A DNA stretch of 64,000 nucleotides from Chrysomallon squamiferum (taxonomy: Eukaryota > Animalia > Mollusca): positions 44,950,001 to 45,014,000 of the forward strand of contig CM022665.1 of NCBI GenBank assembly GCA_012295275.1, written 5' to 3'. Numbering within the stretch: position 1 is the stretch's first letter; every line of letters begins with the position of its first letter. The notes beneath the pieces were generated by a model. The model did no database searches. It worked only from the letters and a program-made list of their open reading frames with translations, and was not told the DNA's origin. Position numbers and translations under genes: made by a program. Below are positions 1 to 9,811 of the stretch, piece after piece.

Positions 1-397
1 GTGTTTTTAACGTCGTTTTCCAGATTATGTGGACATGAGTTCCATACGTAGGCTGATTAGTGATGGCTTCGCATTCTTTCTGATGGTAAACCATCAATGT
101 TTTCCAATTTTTATTTCTCACGAACGCCTTCAACTCCGTTGTAACACGGTCTTGCCCTTTAGCCAAATATTCATAATTTGGCGTCGCCCAATGATCCACA
201 GGTTTATCCATAATTTCTTGATTGTCCATCTGATAGGATTTAATATAATTTGTCCCCGTTGCATAGACAAATTTTCCATCTTTGTCTTTTGCCAAGCAAC
301 GGGGAACTAAGTATTTAGGGTGGACCATGTCATAGTTGACATGGCCAACCAACACACTGTAATAGGTTTCCTCAGGTAAATCTACAAATCTATCCAT
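1..397 (-). CDS. N-terminal 132 aa of an HUH-endonuclease Rep/NS1-like protein (partial, continues beyond the window)
   Basis: Manual translation from ATG at 397, no stop before the edge: MDRFVDLPEETYYSVLVGHVNYDMVHPKYLVPRCLAKDKDGKFVYATGTNYIKSYQMDNQEIMDKPVDHWATPNYEYLAKGQDRVTTELKAFVRNKNWKTLMVYHQKECEAITNQPTYGTHVHIIWKTTLKT. GTHVHIIW (HVH at 37-29) fits the HUH metal-binding motif II. The SF3 helicase domain is not visible in the window. Confidence 0.78.
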   Translation of the reverse strand, partial: MDRFVDLPEETYYSVLVGHVNYDMVHPKYLVPRCLAKDKDGKFVYATGTNYIKSYQMDNQEIMDKPVDHWATPNYEYLAKGQDRVTTELKAFVRNKNWKTLMVYHQKECEAITNQPTYGTHVHIIWKTTLKT

Positions 398-600
398 ATT
401 TTATATATTATTTTATGTGTTTTTAACTCGTATGTTAAGAGATAACAGTAACGAATGAAGATTTTTTGAAATGTCTTTATTTATAAAATTTTAAATATGA
501 CGTAATAGTAATGACGTCATATTATGTACGTGACAAAATGAACGTATTTTAATATAAGACTGTTAACTGTATTCCTACGCTATACATATTACAATATAAT
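398..600 (-). promoter_or_regulatory. Capsid-Rep intergenic region: candidate internal promoter and polyadenylation signal
   Basis: Palindromic CRE ATGACGTCAT 511-520, CRE-like TGACGTAA 498-505, then overlapping TATAAA (485-480) and AATAAA (481-476) on the minus strand about 80 nt before the Rep ATG. Confidence 0.5.
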
Positions 601-2721
601 TTATAATGGATATGACCAATCATATGCATTACCCATTACTTCCAATGTTCTATCTCCATATGCACCGTGTAATGGCCATAACTGTCTACGTCTATTTCTA
701 CGTTTGTTCCAATTGTCCCAAACAGGAGCAGTGGTTCTCATTTTCCATGTTTTCTGAATCCTTTCTTTATATTTGGATTCATCTTCACCTAGAAACTGAT
801 CTTGTTCTGTATGTGTAATATTGTCTTTATTACCCATAGGTGTTGTTTCATTTGCTTTATATGTTAAGCCCTGCATTGGACCTGGACATCCTCCTAAACC
901 TATTGGAATGTATTTAGGACACATTCCAGTTCTAACTATAAATTCTATCTCACTATAATATGTTATTTGAATATTTGCATGATAATTAAAAAACAATGTA
1001 TTTCCACCACTTGTTTTTTCAATATCTGGGTATAATCCTATAAGAAATATAGGTGGTCTATTACATTGGAATGTACGCCTATGAGAACCATCTTTACATA
1101 CGTCTATATTAGGATTATTTGCATTATTATGCATAACACCTTGATTACTTAACTTAGTACCACCATCATCTACCATAGATGGTGCACCAAGTACATTAGA
1201 TGCTTTATTCTGAAAACATGCTGTATAATGTACACGTCTATATTGATGATTGAAATAACAACATATTGCTGTACACATTGGATGCTGTGTTGTATTAGTT
1301 ACTATTATGTCATGAGTTGGCCATACCTCTAAATTACCTTTATTTTCATTAGCACATTGATATTTAGTTTTCTGACATAATCCAGATATATCTGTAAAAT
1401 TAATTGTATGTGATGTTTCAGATGGAAATAAACACGTAGGAGAATCCTTACATGTGTAATCTAATGCGAAACCGCCAGCACTAATAACTGTTTCACGATA
1501 TCCATCATGTTTCTTCATATCATAAATATAATTTGGTGATTCAGCTGTAAATGTTATTCCATCACCTTTCCATGCATGATTTAATAACTGCATCGCCATA
1601 TCACTAGGTAAATACAATTTGCGATCAGGTTGAATTGGTATACTTCTATCGCTTATACTGTCCATACATTCTTCATCTCTGAAGTAATGATTATGCGATA
1701 AATTCAAATTCTTTTCTGGAAGGCCATAATCATTATTTATATCTGTAAATGTCCAAACACGAGAGTTCGGTGGTGCCATTACAGGAACTTCATTAGGATC
1801 TGCTTTATTATTATTTAAAACGTGAATAATCATATTATTTATATTGAAACCTATTCGTTTAACTCTGTATCCCATAAAATCATCAGGTAAATTCCAATCT
1901 TCGGGTTTAGTACTGGCGGCTTTGTACCAATATGGTATAATATGTCCTCCATGATTAAATGTAAATTCACAAACATTAGGATCTCCTATAGCTTTTTTCC
2001 AATTAATATTATCTGAATTATTATCTAATACTTTCATTTCAGCTTTTCTAGTTTTAGTAAAATTAATAGTACTGGTAAATGTTCGTTTAAATGTTTTTTT
2101 GATTGTTATATAACGTGGATCAACAGCTTTAGTGGTTCCACCAAAACCTTGATATAGAACATTATTACCAGTTGCAGATGCCATTGGTGTACCTTCGACT
2201 GCTTCACTGCTTCCTGTATCAGTTACTTCCTCATTCATTATTGAATCAGGTTCCATGACAGATTCTTGAGGTTGTAAATATGTACCTTTAGCATTTGATC
2301 TGTCCAATACATCTTGCGATACAGTAGTAGATAACTGATTATTATTTGGAACCTTTGCATCCGATCTACCTGACGGTTCATCTGAATGTCGTTTCATAGC
2401 TGATTTATTTTGATTTCCGGATGTGTCGTGTATATCTCCTGGTTGTTCCGAGTTGTCGTAGAATAAAGGGGTCCCGAAAGGGTCGTCTTCGTCCGAATCT
2501 TCAATAGAGTTATAGTCTTGCCCAATATTTTGAATTGCCTGATAGAAATCGTTATTTGGAATTTGTATATTTGGATACTGACGTCGGATCTGAAGCCACT
2601 TTTCTTGTCGTTTGGTATAGGGGACATTTAGATCTCCTAATATATTAAACGCTTTTGACTTTGCAATAGCCCAAAGTCGAGTGACTTCTTTCTTAGTCAA
2701 AAGTCTTTTTCCTTTTGTCAT
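601..2721 (-). CDS. Parvovirus/densovirus-like capsid protein (VP), 706 aa, no recognisable PLA2 domain
   Basis: Intact intronless ORF. Basic N-terminus, then an acidic/disordered region, then a beta-rich core. HIIPYWYKAASTKPEDWNLPDDFMGYRVKRIGFNI resembles the parvoviral VP IP(W/Y)..P.(D/E)(W/F)..L..(R/K)V..GF block and PPIFLIGLYP resembles the C-terminal PP.I.I strand. Lies between a Rep ORF and a terminal hairpin. Confidence 0.8.
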   Translation of the reverse strand: MTKGKRLLTKKEVTRLWAIAKSKAFNILGDLNVPYTKRQEKWLQIRRQYPNIQIPNNDFYQAIQNIGQDYNSIEDSDEDDPFGTPLFYDNSEQPGDIHDTSGNQNKSAMKRHSDEPSGRSDAKVPNNNQLSTTVSQDVLDRSNAKGTYLQPQESVMEPDSIMNEEVTDTGSSEAVEGTPMASATGNNVLYQGFGGTTKAVDPRYITIKKTFKRTFTSTINFTKTRKAEMKVLDNNSDNINWKKAIGDPNVCEFTFNHGGHIIPYWYKAASTKPEDWNLPDDFMGYRVKRIGFNINNMIIHVLNNNKADPNEVPVMAPPNSRVWTFTDINNDYGLPEKNLNLSHNHYFRDEECMDSISDRSIPIQPDRKLYLPSDMAMQLLNHAWKGDGITFTAESPNYIYDMKKHDGYRETVISAGGFALDYTCKDSPTCLFPSETSHTINFTDISGLCQKTKYQCANENKGNLEVWPTHDIIVTNTTQHPMCTAICCYFNHQYRRVHYTACFQNKASNVLGAPSMVDDGGTKLSNQGVMHNNANNPNIDVCKDGSHRRTFQCNRPPIFLIGLYPDIEKTSGGNTLFFNYHANIQITYYSEIEFIVRTGMCPKYIPIGLGGCPGPMQGLTYKANETTPMGNKDNITHTEQDQFLGEDESKYKERIQKTWKMRTTAPVWDNWNKRRNRRRQLWPLHGAYGDRTLEVMGNAYDWSYPL

Positions 2722-3083
2722 GAAATCGGTATACGATTGTATATATATGATATATTTTCGTCTTCCTCAGCCTCTAATTGGTTACGTTCAATTGATGTGA
2801 CGTTATTATCAATTTCCTTTCCTTCAGGTTTAATATAATTACCTAATTCCCTTACTGCCTCTTCAATCTGAGTTTTTGTATATTCCGATATTCCTTCAAC
2901 AGCAGATTCTACAATAGATGTTCCAATATTTATAGCAGGATCTAATAAAACATTATCAGCTCCTATAATTTCTGTAATAGCAGGTGCTGTAGATTCTAAT
3001 ATTGCTGATGTAGCAATTTCTACAGACGCATCAAATGCGTATTCTATTATTTCTGTTGCAATTATACCTAATGCAGTGAACAT
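2718..3083 (-). CDS. 121-aa Ala/Ile/Glu-rich viral accessory or minor capsid protein, unknown function
   Basis: ATG-initiated; stop overlaps the capsid start (ATGA, 2721-2718). A diverged paralogue at 3646-3977 conserves the protein (36 of the first 41 aa identical) with many synonymous changes. Confidence 0.8.
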   Translation of the reverse strand: MFTALGIIATEIIEYAFDASVEIATSAILESTAPAITEIIGADNVLLDPAINIGTSIVESAVEGISEYTKTQIEEAVRELGNYIKPEGKEIDNNVTSIERNQLEAEEDENISYIYNRIPIS

Positions 3084-3232
3084 GCTATCATAACAAATAA
3101 ATATGTATAAATGAATTAATTATTTAATAAGTATATTATATATAATATATACCGGATATGGCGTGTATATCATGTGACATGTATATGTTGGGACCTGATA
3201 GATCCCAACCCAACTCTTGTTATTGTAAAAAA

Positions 3233-3405
3233 AACAAAGTATAACACGACTGGTTTTTGGTTTTTGGCCTTTTATCATATGTACTTTTAGCATATGATCC
3301 TTAGGGCTCAGGCTTCGCCCGAAGGTGCTTAATCACTTTCAGGCTAAAAGTACATTTGGCTTTCAAGACCAAAAACCAAAAACGAGCGGTCTGTTATACT
3401 TTGTT
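3233..3405. repeat. Terminal hairpin H1 (imperfect palindrome); inner TIR segment from about 3192
   Basis: AACAAAGTATAAC 3233-3245 pairs with GTTATACTTTGTT 3393-3405; TGTACTTTTAGC/GCTAAAAGTACA flank a ~50 nt GC-rich loop; TTTTGG/CCAAAA repeats in the stem. Confidence 0.85.
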
Positions 3406-3611
3406 ATTGTAAAAAAAACAAAGTTCCTCATTATCGCTCGTTTTTGGCTTTTGGTCTTGAAAGCCAAATGTACTTTTAGCCTGAAAGTGATTAAGCTCCT
3501 TCGGGCGTAGCCTGAGCCCTAAGGATCATAAGCTAAAAGTACATTTGGCTTTCAAGACCAAAAGCCAAATACGAGCGATAATGAGGAACTTTGTTTTTTT
3601 TACAATAACAA
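3401..3611. repeat. Terminal hairpin H2 (near-perfect ~80 bp stem, ~50 nt loop)
   Basis: TTGTTATTGTAAAAAAAACAAAGTTCCTCATTATCGCTCG...TGTACTTTTAGC is mirrored by GCTAAAAGTACA...CGAGCGATAATGAGGAACTTTGTTTTTTTTACAATAACAA. Confidence 0.92.
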
Positions 3612-3645
3612 GAGTTAGGTTAGAATCTATCATGTCACGATTTTA

Positions 3646-3977
3646 TCAAACATATTCTTCTTCTTCTAAATATTGACGTTAAGATGGAGAAACGTTTTGG
3701 TCAATATCCTTTCCACTATCTGAATTAATTAAATCACCAACCTCATTTAATGCTTCTTCAATTTGATTTTTCGTAAATGTTGAAATACCTTTTACAGATG
3801 CTTCAACAATTGATTGTCCTACGATGTAATAGGTTCCAATATAGCACTTTCAGTTCCTATGATTTCCGCTATAGCTGGAGCAGTTGTTTCTAAAATTGCT
3901 GATGTAGCTAATTCCACAGAAGCATCAAATGCGAAATTAATTATTTCAGTGGCGATTATACCTAATGCTGTGAACAT
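3646..3977 (-). pseudogene. Disrupted paralogue of the 121-aa viral ORF
   Basis: MFTALGIIATEIINFAFDASVELATSAILETTAPAIAEIIGTESAILEPIT / frameshift near 3824 / VGQSIVEASVKGISTFTKNQIEEALNEVGDLINSDSGKDIDQNVSPS*RQYLEEEEYV; aligns along almost the whole of 2718-3083. Confidence 0.88.
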
Positions 3978-4040
3978 CATAATAACACAAATAAAAACAT
4001 AATACAGGAAAATACAATTGTTATCATTTATATATGTTTA

Positions 4041-4078
4041 TTTATATCACGTGATGTGTGATGTAATATATCACGTGA
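4041..4078 (-). promoter_or_regulatory. Candidate viral terminal promoter: two TCACGTGA E-boxes followed by TATAAA
   Basis: TCACGTGA at 4047-4054 and 4071-4078; TATAAA at 4046-4041 (minus), about 65 nt upstream of the ATG at 3977. Confidence 0.5.
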
Positions 4079-4106
4079 TAAAAAATCGTGACATGATAGA
4101 TTCTAA

Positions 4107-4336
4107 CCTAACTCTTGTTATTGTAAAAAAAAACCAAAGATATACATACCGCTCGCTTTTGGCTTTTGGCTTTCATGACCATAATGCACTTTTAGCCCGA
4201 AGGTGATTTAGCTCCTTCGGGCGTAGCCCTAGCCCTACGGATCATAAGCTAAAAGTGCATTATGGTCATGAAAGCCAAAAGCCAAAAGCGAGCGGTATGT
4301 ATAACTTTGTTTTTTTTTACAATAACAAGAGTTAGG
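4107..4336. repeat. Terminal hairpin H3 (~90 bp stem, branched Y/T-like loop)
   Basis: CCTAACTCTTGTTATTGT...ATAATGCACTTTTAGC mirrored by GCTAAAAGTGCATTAT...ACAATAACAAGAGTTAGG; the loop holds sub-stems CCCGAAGG/CCTTCGGG and CGTAG/CTACG. Confidence 0.92.
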
Positions 4337-5683
4337 CAGAAGTAGTAGTAAAACATTCTTTACATTTTTATCTGGTGTGTTATCTTGTTTAAATTGCTGT
4401 AACATGACTCAATAATGATGGCTATACTTGAAAAAGAAAAAAAGAATTGACACTCTTAAAAATCCTACTTTCAATCAATAAGTTGAGTGATGAAAAAAGT
4501 TATTTTCCAGATGTGAACAAGAAGGAATTTAACTAAACATAGCCACATATGGACAGTGGTAAATTAGTAATTCTATAAATGTTATCATTACATACTTTAT
4601 ATTCCACTTGTAAATACCAAACACATTAAATTTTAATACGAATATATTTCATGTGCTTGTATAAGAAGAGAACAGCATGTACCATGACCTTTTTCCTTGT
4701 AAATGTATAATATGTGAAAGAAAATTTTAATTTATATATCACTGTATTAATCAAAAACGTGTATATATATACATTTGTATGTGTGTAAATATATTTTTTC
4801 TCAGTGAGGTGATTAATGGACCTAAAATATTTAATGATGCTTTAAGGGTGTGCGTTAATCTCAGATGTATTCTAAATAATCTGAAAAACACAGCTTGCAG
4901 CTGTCTTTCCATGACAAACTGCTGTAAAATCAGACCAGCAGATTTTCTTTATTTTCTGCTTTCACTATTAACATAAAAATAAGTGGTGTTTTTAATTATT
5001 TATTTTTCTAAATACTTAGTCTGATACCAACATATTCAGTTCTTTTTACATCTTGAATTCTCACACTGATATTTTCTTGTTTAACTGTTTCAATTCTGTG
5101 TCCTGGGGATTCAGTAATTGTTTTCCAAGAATGCAGTTTAAAATAGACTATTCAAGAACTTTGAATTATAATGCCTATTTATTACCAGTGTCTTTGTTCA
5201 GTTGTGGCTTAATGGTTAAAGCACAGGCCACGGATGCAGTAGGTCAGAAGAAGCGTGATAAAAAGGCTTTTCTCATTACATTTTTCTGTTAAACATTGTT
5301 GTTTTCACAGAACTGAAAGTATAATTGGAATAATTTTCAATTCTCTAAGTCCTTGAGATATATTTGATATATATGTCATCAGGGAAGTGTATCTCTGTCC
5401 CTGTTTTTTGTTTTTTGGGTTTTTTTTATATAAATCGCAGTTTTTTTTTTTTATTTTTTTTTTTCCCCTATTAAATTTATCAATGCTATTGTCATGTTTT
5501 GGCAGTGTTTTCATTGTTGAGACATTGGAGTATGACACACCCTCATTTACTCCTTGATTCAGTGAAGAGTTTCTCTCTTTTTTTTTAATTATTTATTTAT
5601 TTATTTTTTATTCTTCTTCTTTAATTATTATTATGATTATGATTATTATTATTATTATTATTTTTTTTTTTTTCCCAACTCCT

Positions 5684-6099
5684 GGAAAGGAGAAATGACA
5701 AGCAGGGATATTAAGAAATTAAAATATATTAGTAATAAAAATGTGAAATGTATCAATAATGTTACTCTGCCCGTGATATTATTGATATATATATATATAA
5801 ATATTTTGTTGATAATAATCTGAATTAGTCAGATTTGCTAAAGTTTAGTAATGGTTAAGACTCATTCATAGATGTTGTTTGAACATATGGCAGACATGTT
5901 AGAGATTAGCTGCTCAATCTCTAACAGACTTGCCCGTCCAGTAATTAAACATGTATAAGTGTCCGTGAATACTAGAAGTATTCTTTTTATCCTTTCAATT
6001 TTATTCATTGAGTTAATTTCTAATTATTTCCTGCTTTGTCAAATTTCCTTTTTCTTGGAGTGGGTAGCTCTTTTCAAAAAGGAAAGAGTAAGGAACAAA
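5684..6099 (+). repeat. ~420 bp dispersed direct repeat, copy 1
   Basis: Near-identical to 8296-8726 (GGAAAGGAGAAATGACAAGCA...AAAAAGGAAAGAG). Confidence 0.9.
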
Positions 6100-6177
6100 A
6101 CAACATGCATCTGAAACCTCTTCATGTACATACAGGTTTATACATTTCTAAAACACCATCATATAGATTAACTAGTT

Positions 6178-7740
6178 ATCAGTGAGAAACATGCTTTTGA
6201 TTAGTTTTGTCCTTTTTTTTTTCATTCTTAAGACACCCCCTCATTTCTTCTTGGTTATAGTGAAGTGTGTCTTTCTCTGTTTTATTTTGTTTTTTGTTGT
6301 TTTTCATTTTGTTTTTTTCATCAAAGCTATCAATGAGAAAAGTGCTGTTGATGAGTTTTGACAATTTTTTCATTCTTAAGACATAATTGCCAAAGACAAT
6401 ATCCTCATTTTCTCTGATACACTGAAATGTCTGTCTTTCAGTTTTATTTATTTATTTTTTTGTTTTTTTAATTATTTATTTATTAAAGATATCAATGAGA
6501 AAAATGCTGTTGATGAGTTTGGCAATTGTTTCATTTTCAAGACATATTTGATTATGACATACCATCATTTCTTCTTTGATGACTCGTATTCGTCTGTTTT
6601 CCTGTTCTTTTTTTTTTTTTTTTTTTTTTTCATTTGGTTTTGGGGTTTTTCCCCATCAAAACTATCAATGAAAAACAAGCTGTTGATGAGTTTTTGTAAT
6701 TTTTTCATTCTTGAGACATAATTGACAAAGATATGCATGCCCTCATTTCTTCTTCAGTGCAGAGAAATGTGTGTCGGTCTCAGGTCTGTGTATTTGTTTG
6801 TTTGGTTTTGTTTTTTCTTTCATTAAAGCTGTCACTGAGAAACATGCCATTGAGTTTATGCATTTTTTTTTTTTTTCATTCTTGAGACATAACCCTAATT
6901 TCTTCTTTGTCACAGTGATATGGCTTTGTCTTTCTGTTTTATTTGTTGCTTCCCTTTTTTTCAATGAGAAATATCAAATTGATGAGTTTTGGCAAATTTT
7001 TTCATTCTTGAGAGACAATTGACAAAGATATGCATACCCTCATTTCTTCTTTGATGCAGATAAATGTCTGTCTGTCTTTCAGCTTTATTTGTTAGTTTGT
7101 TTGTATGTTTTGTTTTTTCTTTTAAGCTATCATTGAGAAAAATGCTCTTAATGAGTTTCTGCATTTTTTTCATTCTAGAGACATATTTGAGTATGACACA
7201 ACCATCATTTCTTCTTTCATGCAGTGAACTCTGTCATTCTGCTTCTTTTTTTCCTTTTTTTTCCCCCTTTCCAATCTGTCAGTGAGAGACATGCTCTTGA
7301 TAAGTTTTTGCAATTTTTCAGTATTGAGAGATAACTGACAAAGACAGACATGCCCTCATTTCTTCTTCAGTGCAGTGAATGTCTGCCTTTCAGTTTTATT
7401 TCTCACTTCGTTTTCTGGGGGCTTTTTTTCTTTTTTTCTTTTTTTCAAATTAAAGTTGTAAGTGAGAAACATGCTCATGACGAGTTTTCACCATTTTTTT
7501 TAATTCTTGAGACATATTTGAGTATGTCGTACCATCATTTCTTCTTTGTTTCAGTGATAAGGCTTTGTCTTTCTGTTTTATATGTTAGTTTCAATGTGGC
7601 CTTTTATTTAAAAAAATATTTCTCCTCCCCATTAGAACTGGTAATAAGGACAATGCTGTTGATGAGTTTTGGCAATTTGTTTTCATTCTTTAGACATGAT
7701 TGACAAAGACTTGCCCTCATTTCATTTAGATACAATGAAG
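6178..7740 (+). repeat. Diverged tandem repeat, ~130-185 bp period, ~10 copies
   Basis: Recurring ATCAATGAGAAA.ATGCTGTTGATGAGTTTT...TTTTCATTCTTGAGACA...CCCTCATTTCTTC; partial copy near 5480-5560. Confidence 0.85.
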
Positions 7741-8295
7741 AGTCTTTTATTTTTTCATTCATTCATTCATTATTATTATTATTATTATTATTATATTATT
7801 TTTTTTTTTTTTTAGTTTTGTCTTTAATTTTTTTTTTTTTTTTGAATTGAAAATTGCATTAAAATATTAAATTTGCCAACACTTTTTACTATTCTTCACA
7901 TAATTTTTGACAAGTATTGTATAGTTTTTTATGAAACTATTTTAAAACGGATTGTACTTTTCTGTATTCACTGACAGAAAATATGTTAACTGTTTTTTTT
8001 TTATTTGTTGTTGTTTGTTTTTATTGTATTTTGATGCAAAGCTGTAGTGTTTTTTTTTTTTTTTCTTTATTCAGCTTTTACATATATGTACCAAATACAG
8101 CTGAATATTGATAATTGATAACTCCTTCCACTTTGTCAAAACTACCTGATTTATAAAAAAAAGAAAAACAATTAATATGAATTAGGTTTGTCTTCAATTG
8201 GAAAGAAGGAAATGTTCACTGGAATGATTCTGCTGAATTTAATGAATAAATGAACCAATCAGCATTGCTTTAAAACTGCAGTTGTTTGTAATGCA

Positions 8296-8726
8296 GGAAA
8301 GGAGAAATGACAAGCATGGATATTAAGAAATTAAAATATATTAGTAATAAAAATGTGAAATGTATCAATAATGTTACTCTGCCCGTGATATTATTGATAT
8401 ATATATATATATATATATAAATATTTTGTTGATTATAATCTGAATTAGTCAGATTTGCTAAAGTTTAGTAATGGTTAAGACTCATTCATAGATGTTGTTT
8501 GAACATATGGCAGACATGTTAGAGATTAGCTGCTCAATCTCTAACAGACTTGCCCGTCCAGTAATTAAACATGTACAGGTGTCCGTGAATACTAGAAGTA
8601 TTCTTTTTATCCTTTCTGTTTTATTCATTGAGTTAATTTCTAATTATTTCCTGCTTTGTCAAATTTCCTTTTTCTTGGAGTGGGTAGCTCTTTTTAAAAA
8701 GGAAAGAGGAACAAGTAAGGAACAAA
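8296..8726 (+). repeat. ~430 bp dispersed direct repeat, copy 2
   Basis: Matches 5684-6099, differing mainly in (AT)n length and a few substitutions. Confidence 0.9.
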
Positions 8727-9485
8727 TCACCACCCACTCTTTATGTTAGAGAACTTCTTAATACCTTACATTCATGTTTTAAAATTCAGAAAGATTATAA
8801 TAAACAGCATATTTTAAAGCAGTTAGAAAATATGTTTTTAGGATTTCTTGAAATATCAATTCTATTTTCTTTATGAAAATTCCTGTCGAATAACAATTGT
8901 AATGAATATTTATTTATAATGTGCAATATTACTCCTCTAGGAATTCATATATGAGAATTAAACTTAAACACTGATGTGCAAAACTCAATCATATACACAT
9001 ACCTATGTGTTCATATGTATACAGAAATATAATATAACGGTTGTTATTACTTTCAGTGGTATAAATAAAAAATAAAAATTCATCTTTAGTACTTGCATTT
9101 GTCATTTGTATTTTAATGTAAATCTTCATTTAATGGGAATAAAAACTGCTTCAGAAGCTGTGCTCTGTTTGAAAATAATTTATTTTCTTTTTAGTCAGAT
9201 TTCAATATTTCTTTAAAACCTGTTTTTTATTTTACTTTATCGTATTTTATTTTTATTGTTTTATCAATATATTTGTGAGTGTGTTTGATCTAAATTTTCC
9301 TTTATCAGCTACCACCCTTGAATCCTTTCACAAGAAAGTGATGACTACCATAACAACCAGAACCAGCTTTCTAAGAGAAGTCAAGTTAAAGTGATGGGTT
9401 TAAATTTATTGAAGTGAAAGTACAGCTTGCAGAATGAAAATGTTAGAGTTCTGTCATTGAAAAGAATCAATTCATTTTTGAGAAT

Positions 9486-9536
<51 letters not shown>

Positions 9537-9571
9537 CATTCACATGAATTCCAACCCACATAAAGTCCAAT

Positions 9572-9616
<45 letters not shown>

Positions 9617-9811
9617 AATGCACTGTGACTTGAACAAACACTCTACCCAAGCTGAGTAGTAAACATTGTTCTTCCCGATTGGCTAATATATATCACTGTT
9701 TGATCATGTAATAATTCTTCCTATTAAAACCAAATAAACATAAAATAACAGTTGTGACTGCATTGCACCTCGACATACTCCATCATTAAAGCATATCAGA
9801 TAGACAATATT

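Larger units (their letters stand above)
1..3405 (-). mobile_element. Endogenous parvovirus/densovirus-like element (hairpin - small ORF - capsid - Rep), runs off the left window edge
   Basis: Three intronless, tightly packed, same-strand ORFs in an otherwise intron- and microsatellite-rich genome; capsid-like and HUH motifs; terminal palindrome at 3233-3405. Confidence 0.85.
3401..4336 (-). mobile_element. Non-autonomous/defective mini-element bounded by two hairpin ITRs
   Basis: H2 and H3 are each continued inward by the same inverted segment (GAGTTAGGTTAGAATCTATCATGTCACGATTT 3612-3643 / AAATCGTGACATGATAGATTCTAACCTAACTC 4083-4114), enclosing only a promoter and a decayed small ORF. Confidence 0.8.

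Noticed and set aside
29-310. 93-aa plus-strand ORF
   Set aside because: Antisense shadow of the minus-strand Rep-like ORF; GTG start and no motifs.
2394-2627. 77-aa alternative-frame ORF inside the capsid gene (SAT/AAP-like?)
   Set aside because: Non-ATG start, short, and no second copy to test conservation; cannot be supported.
1-3405. Helitron, Polinton or bidnavirus assignment
   Set aside because: No PIF1 helicase, PolB or integrase visible; capsid motifs plus hairpin termini fit a parvovirus-like element better, though sequence beyond the left edge is unseen.
3325-4206. Short plus-strand ORFs at 3325-3510, 3814-4002 and 4018-4206
   Set aside because: They run through hairpins or antisense to the decayed viral ORF.
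3233-4336. Hairpins as CRISPR array, tRNA/ncRNA or rho-independent terminators
   Set aside because: Eukaryotic context, no repeat-spacer periodicity, no cloverleaf; position at ORF-cassette ends and flip/flop fit viral termini.
6179-7703. Phe/Lys-rich ORFs in the ~160 bp tandem repeat
   Set aside because: Frames are not conserved between units; by-products of T-rich repeats.
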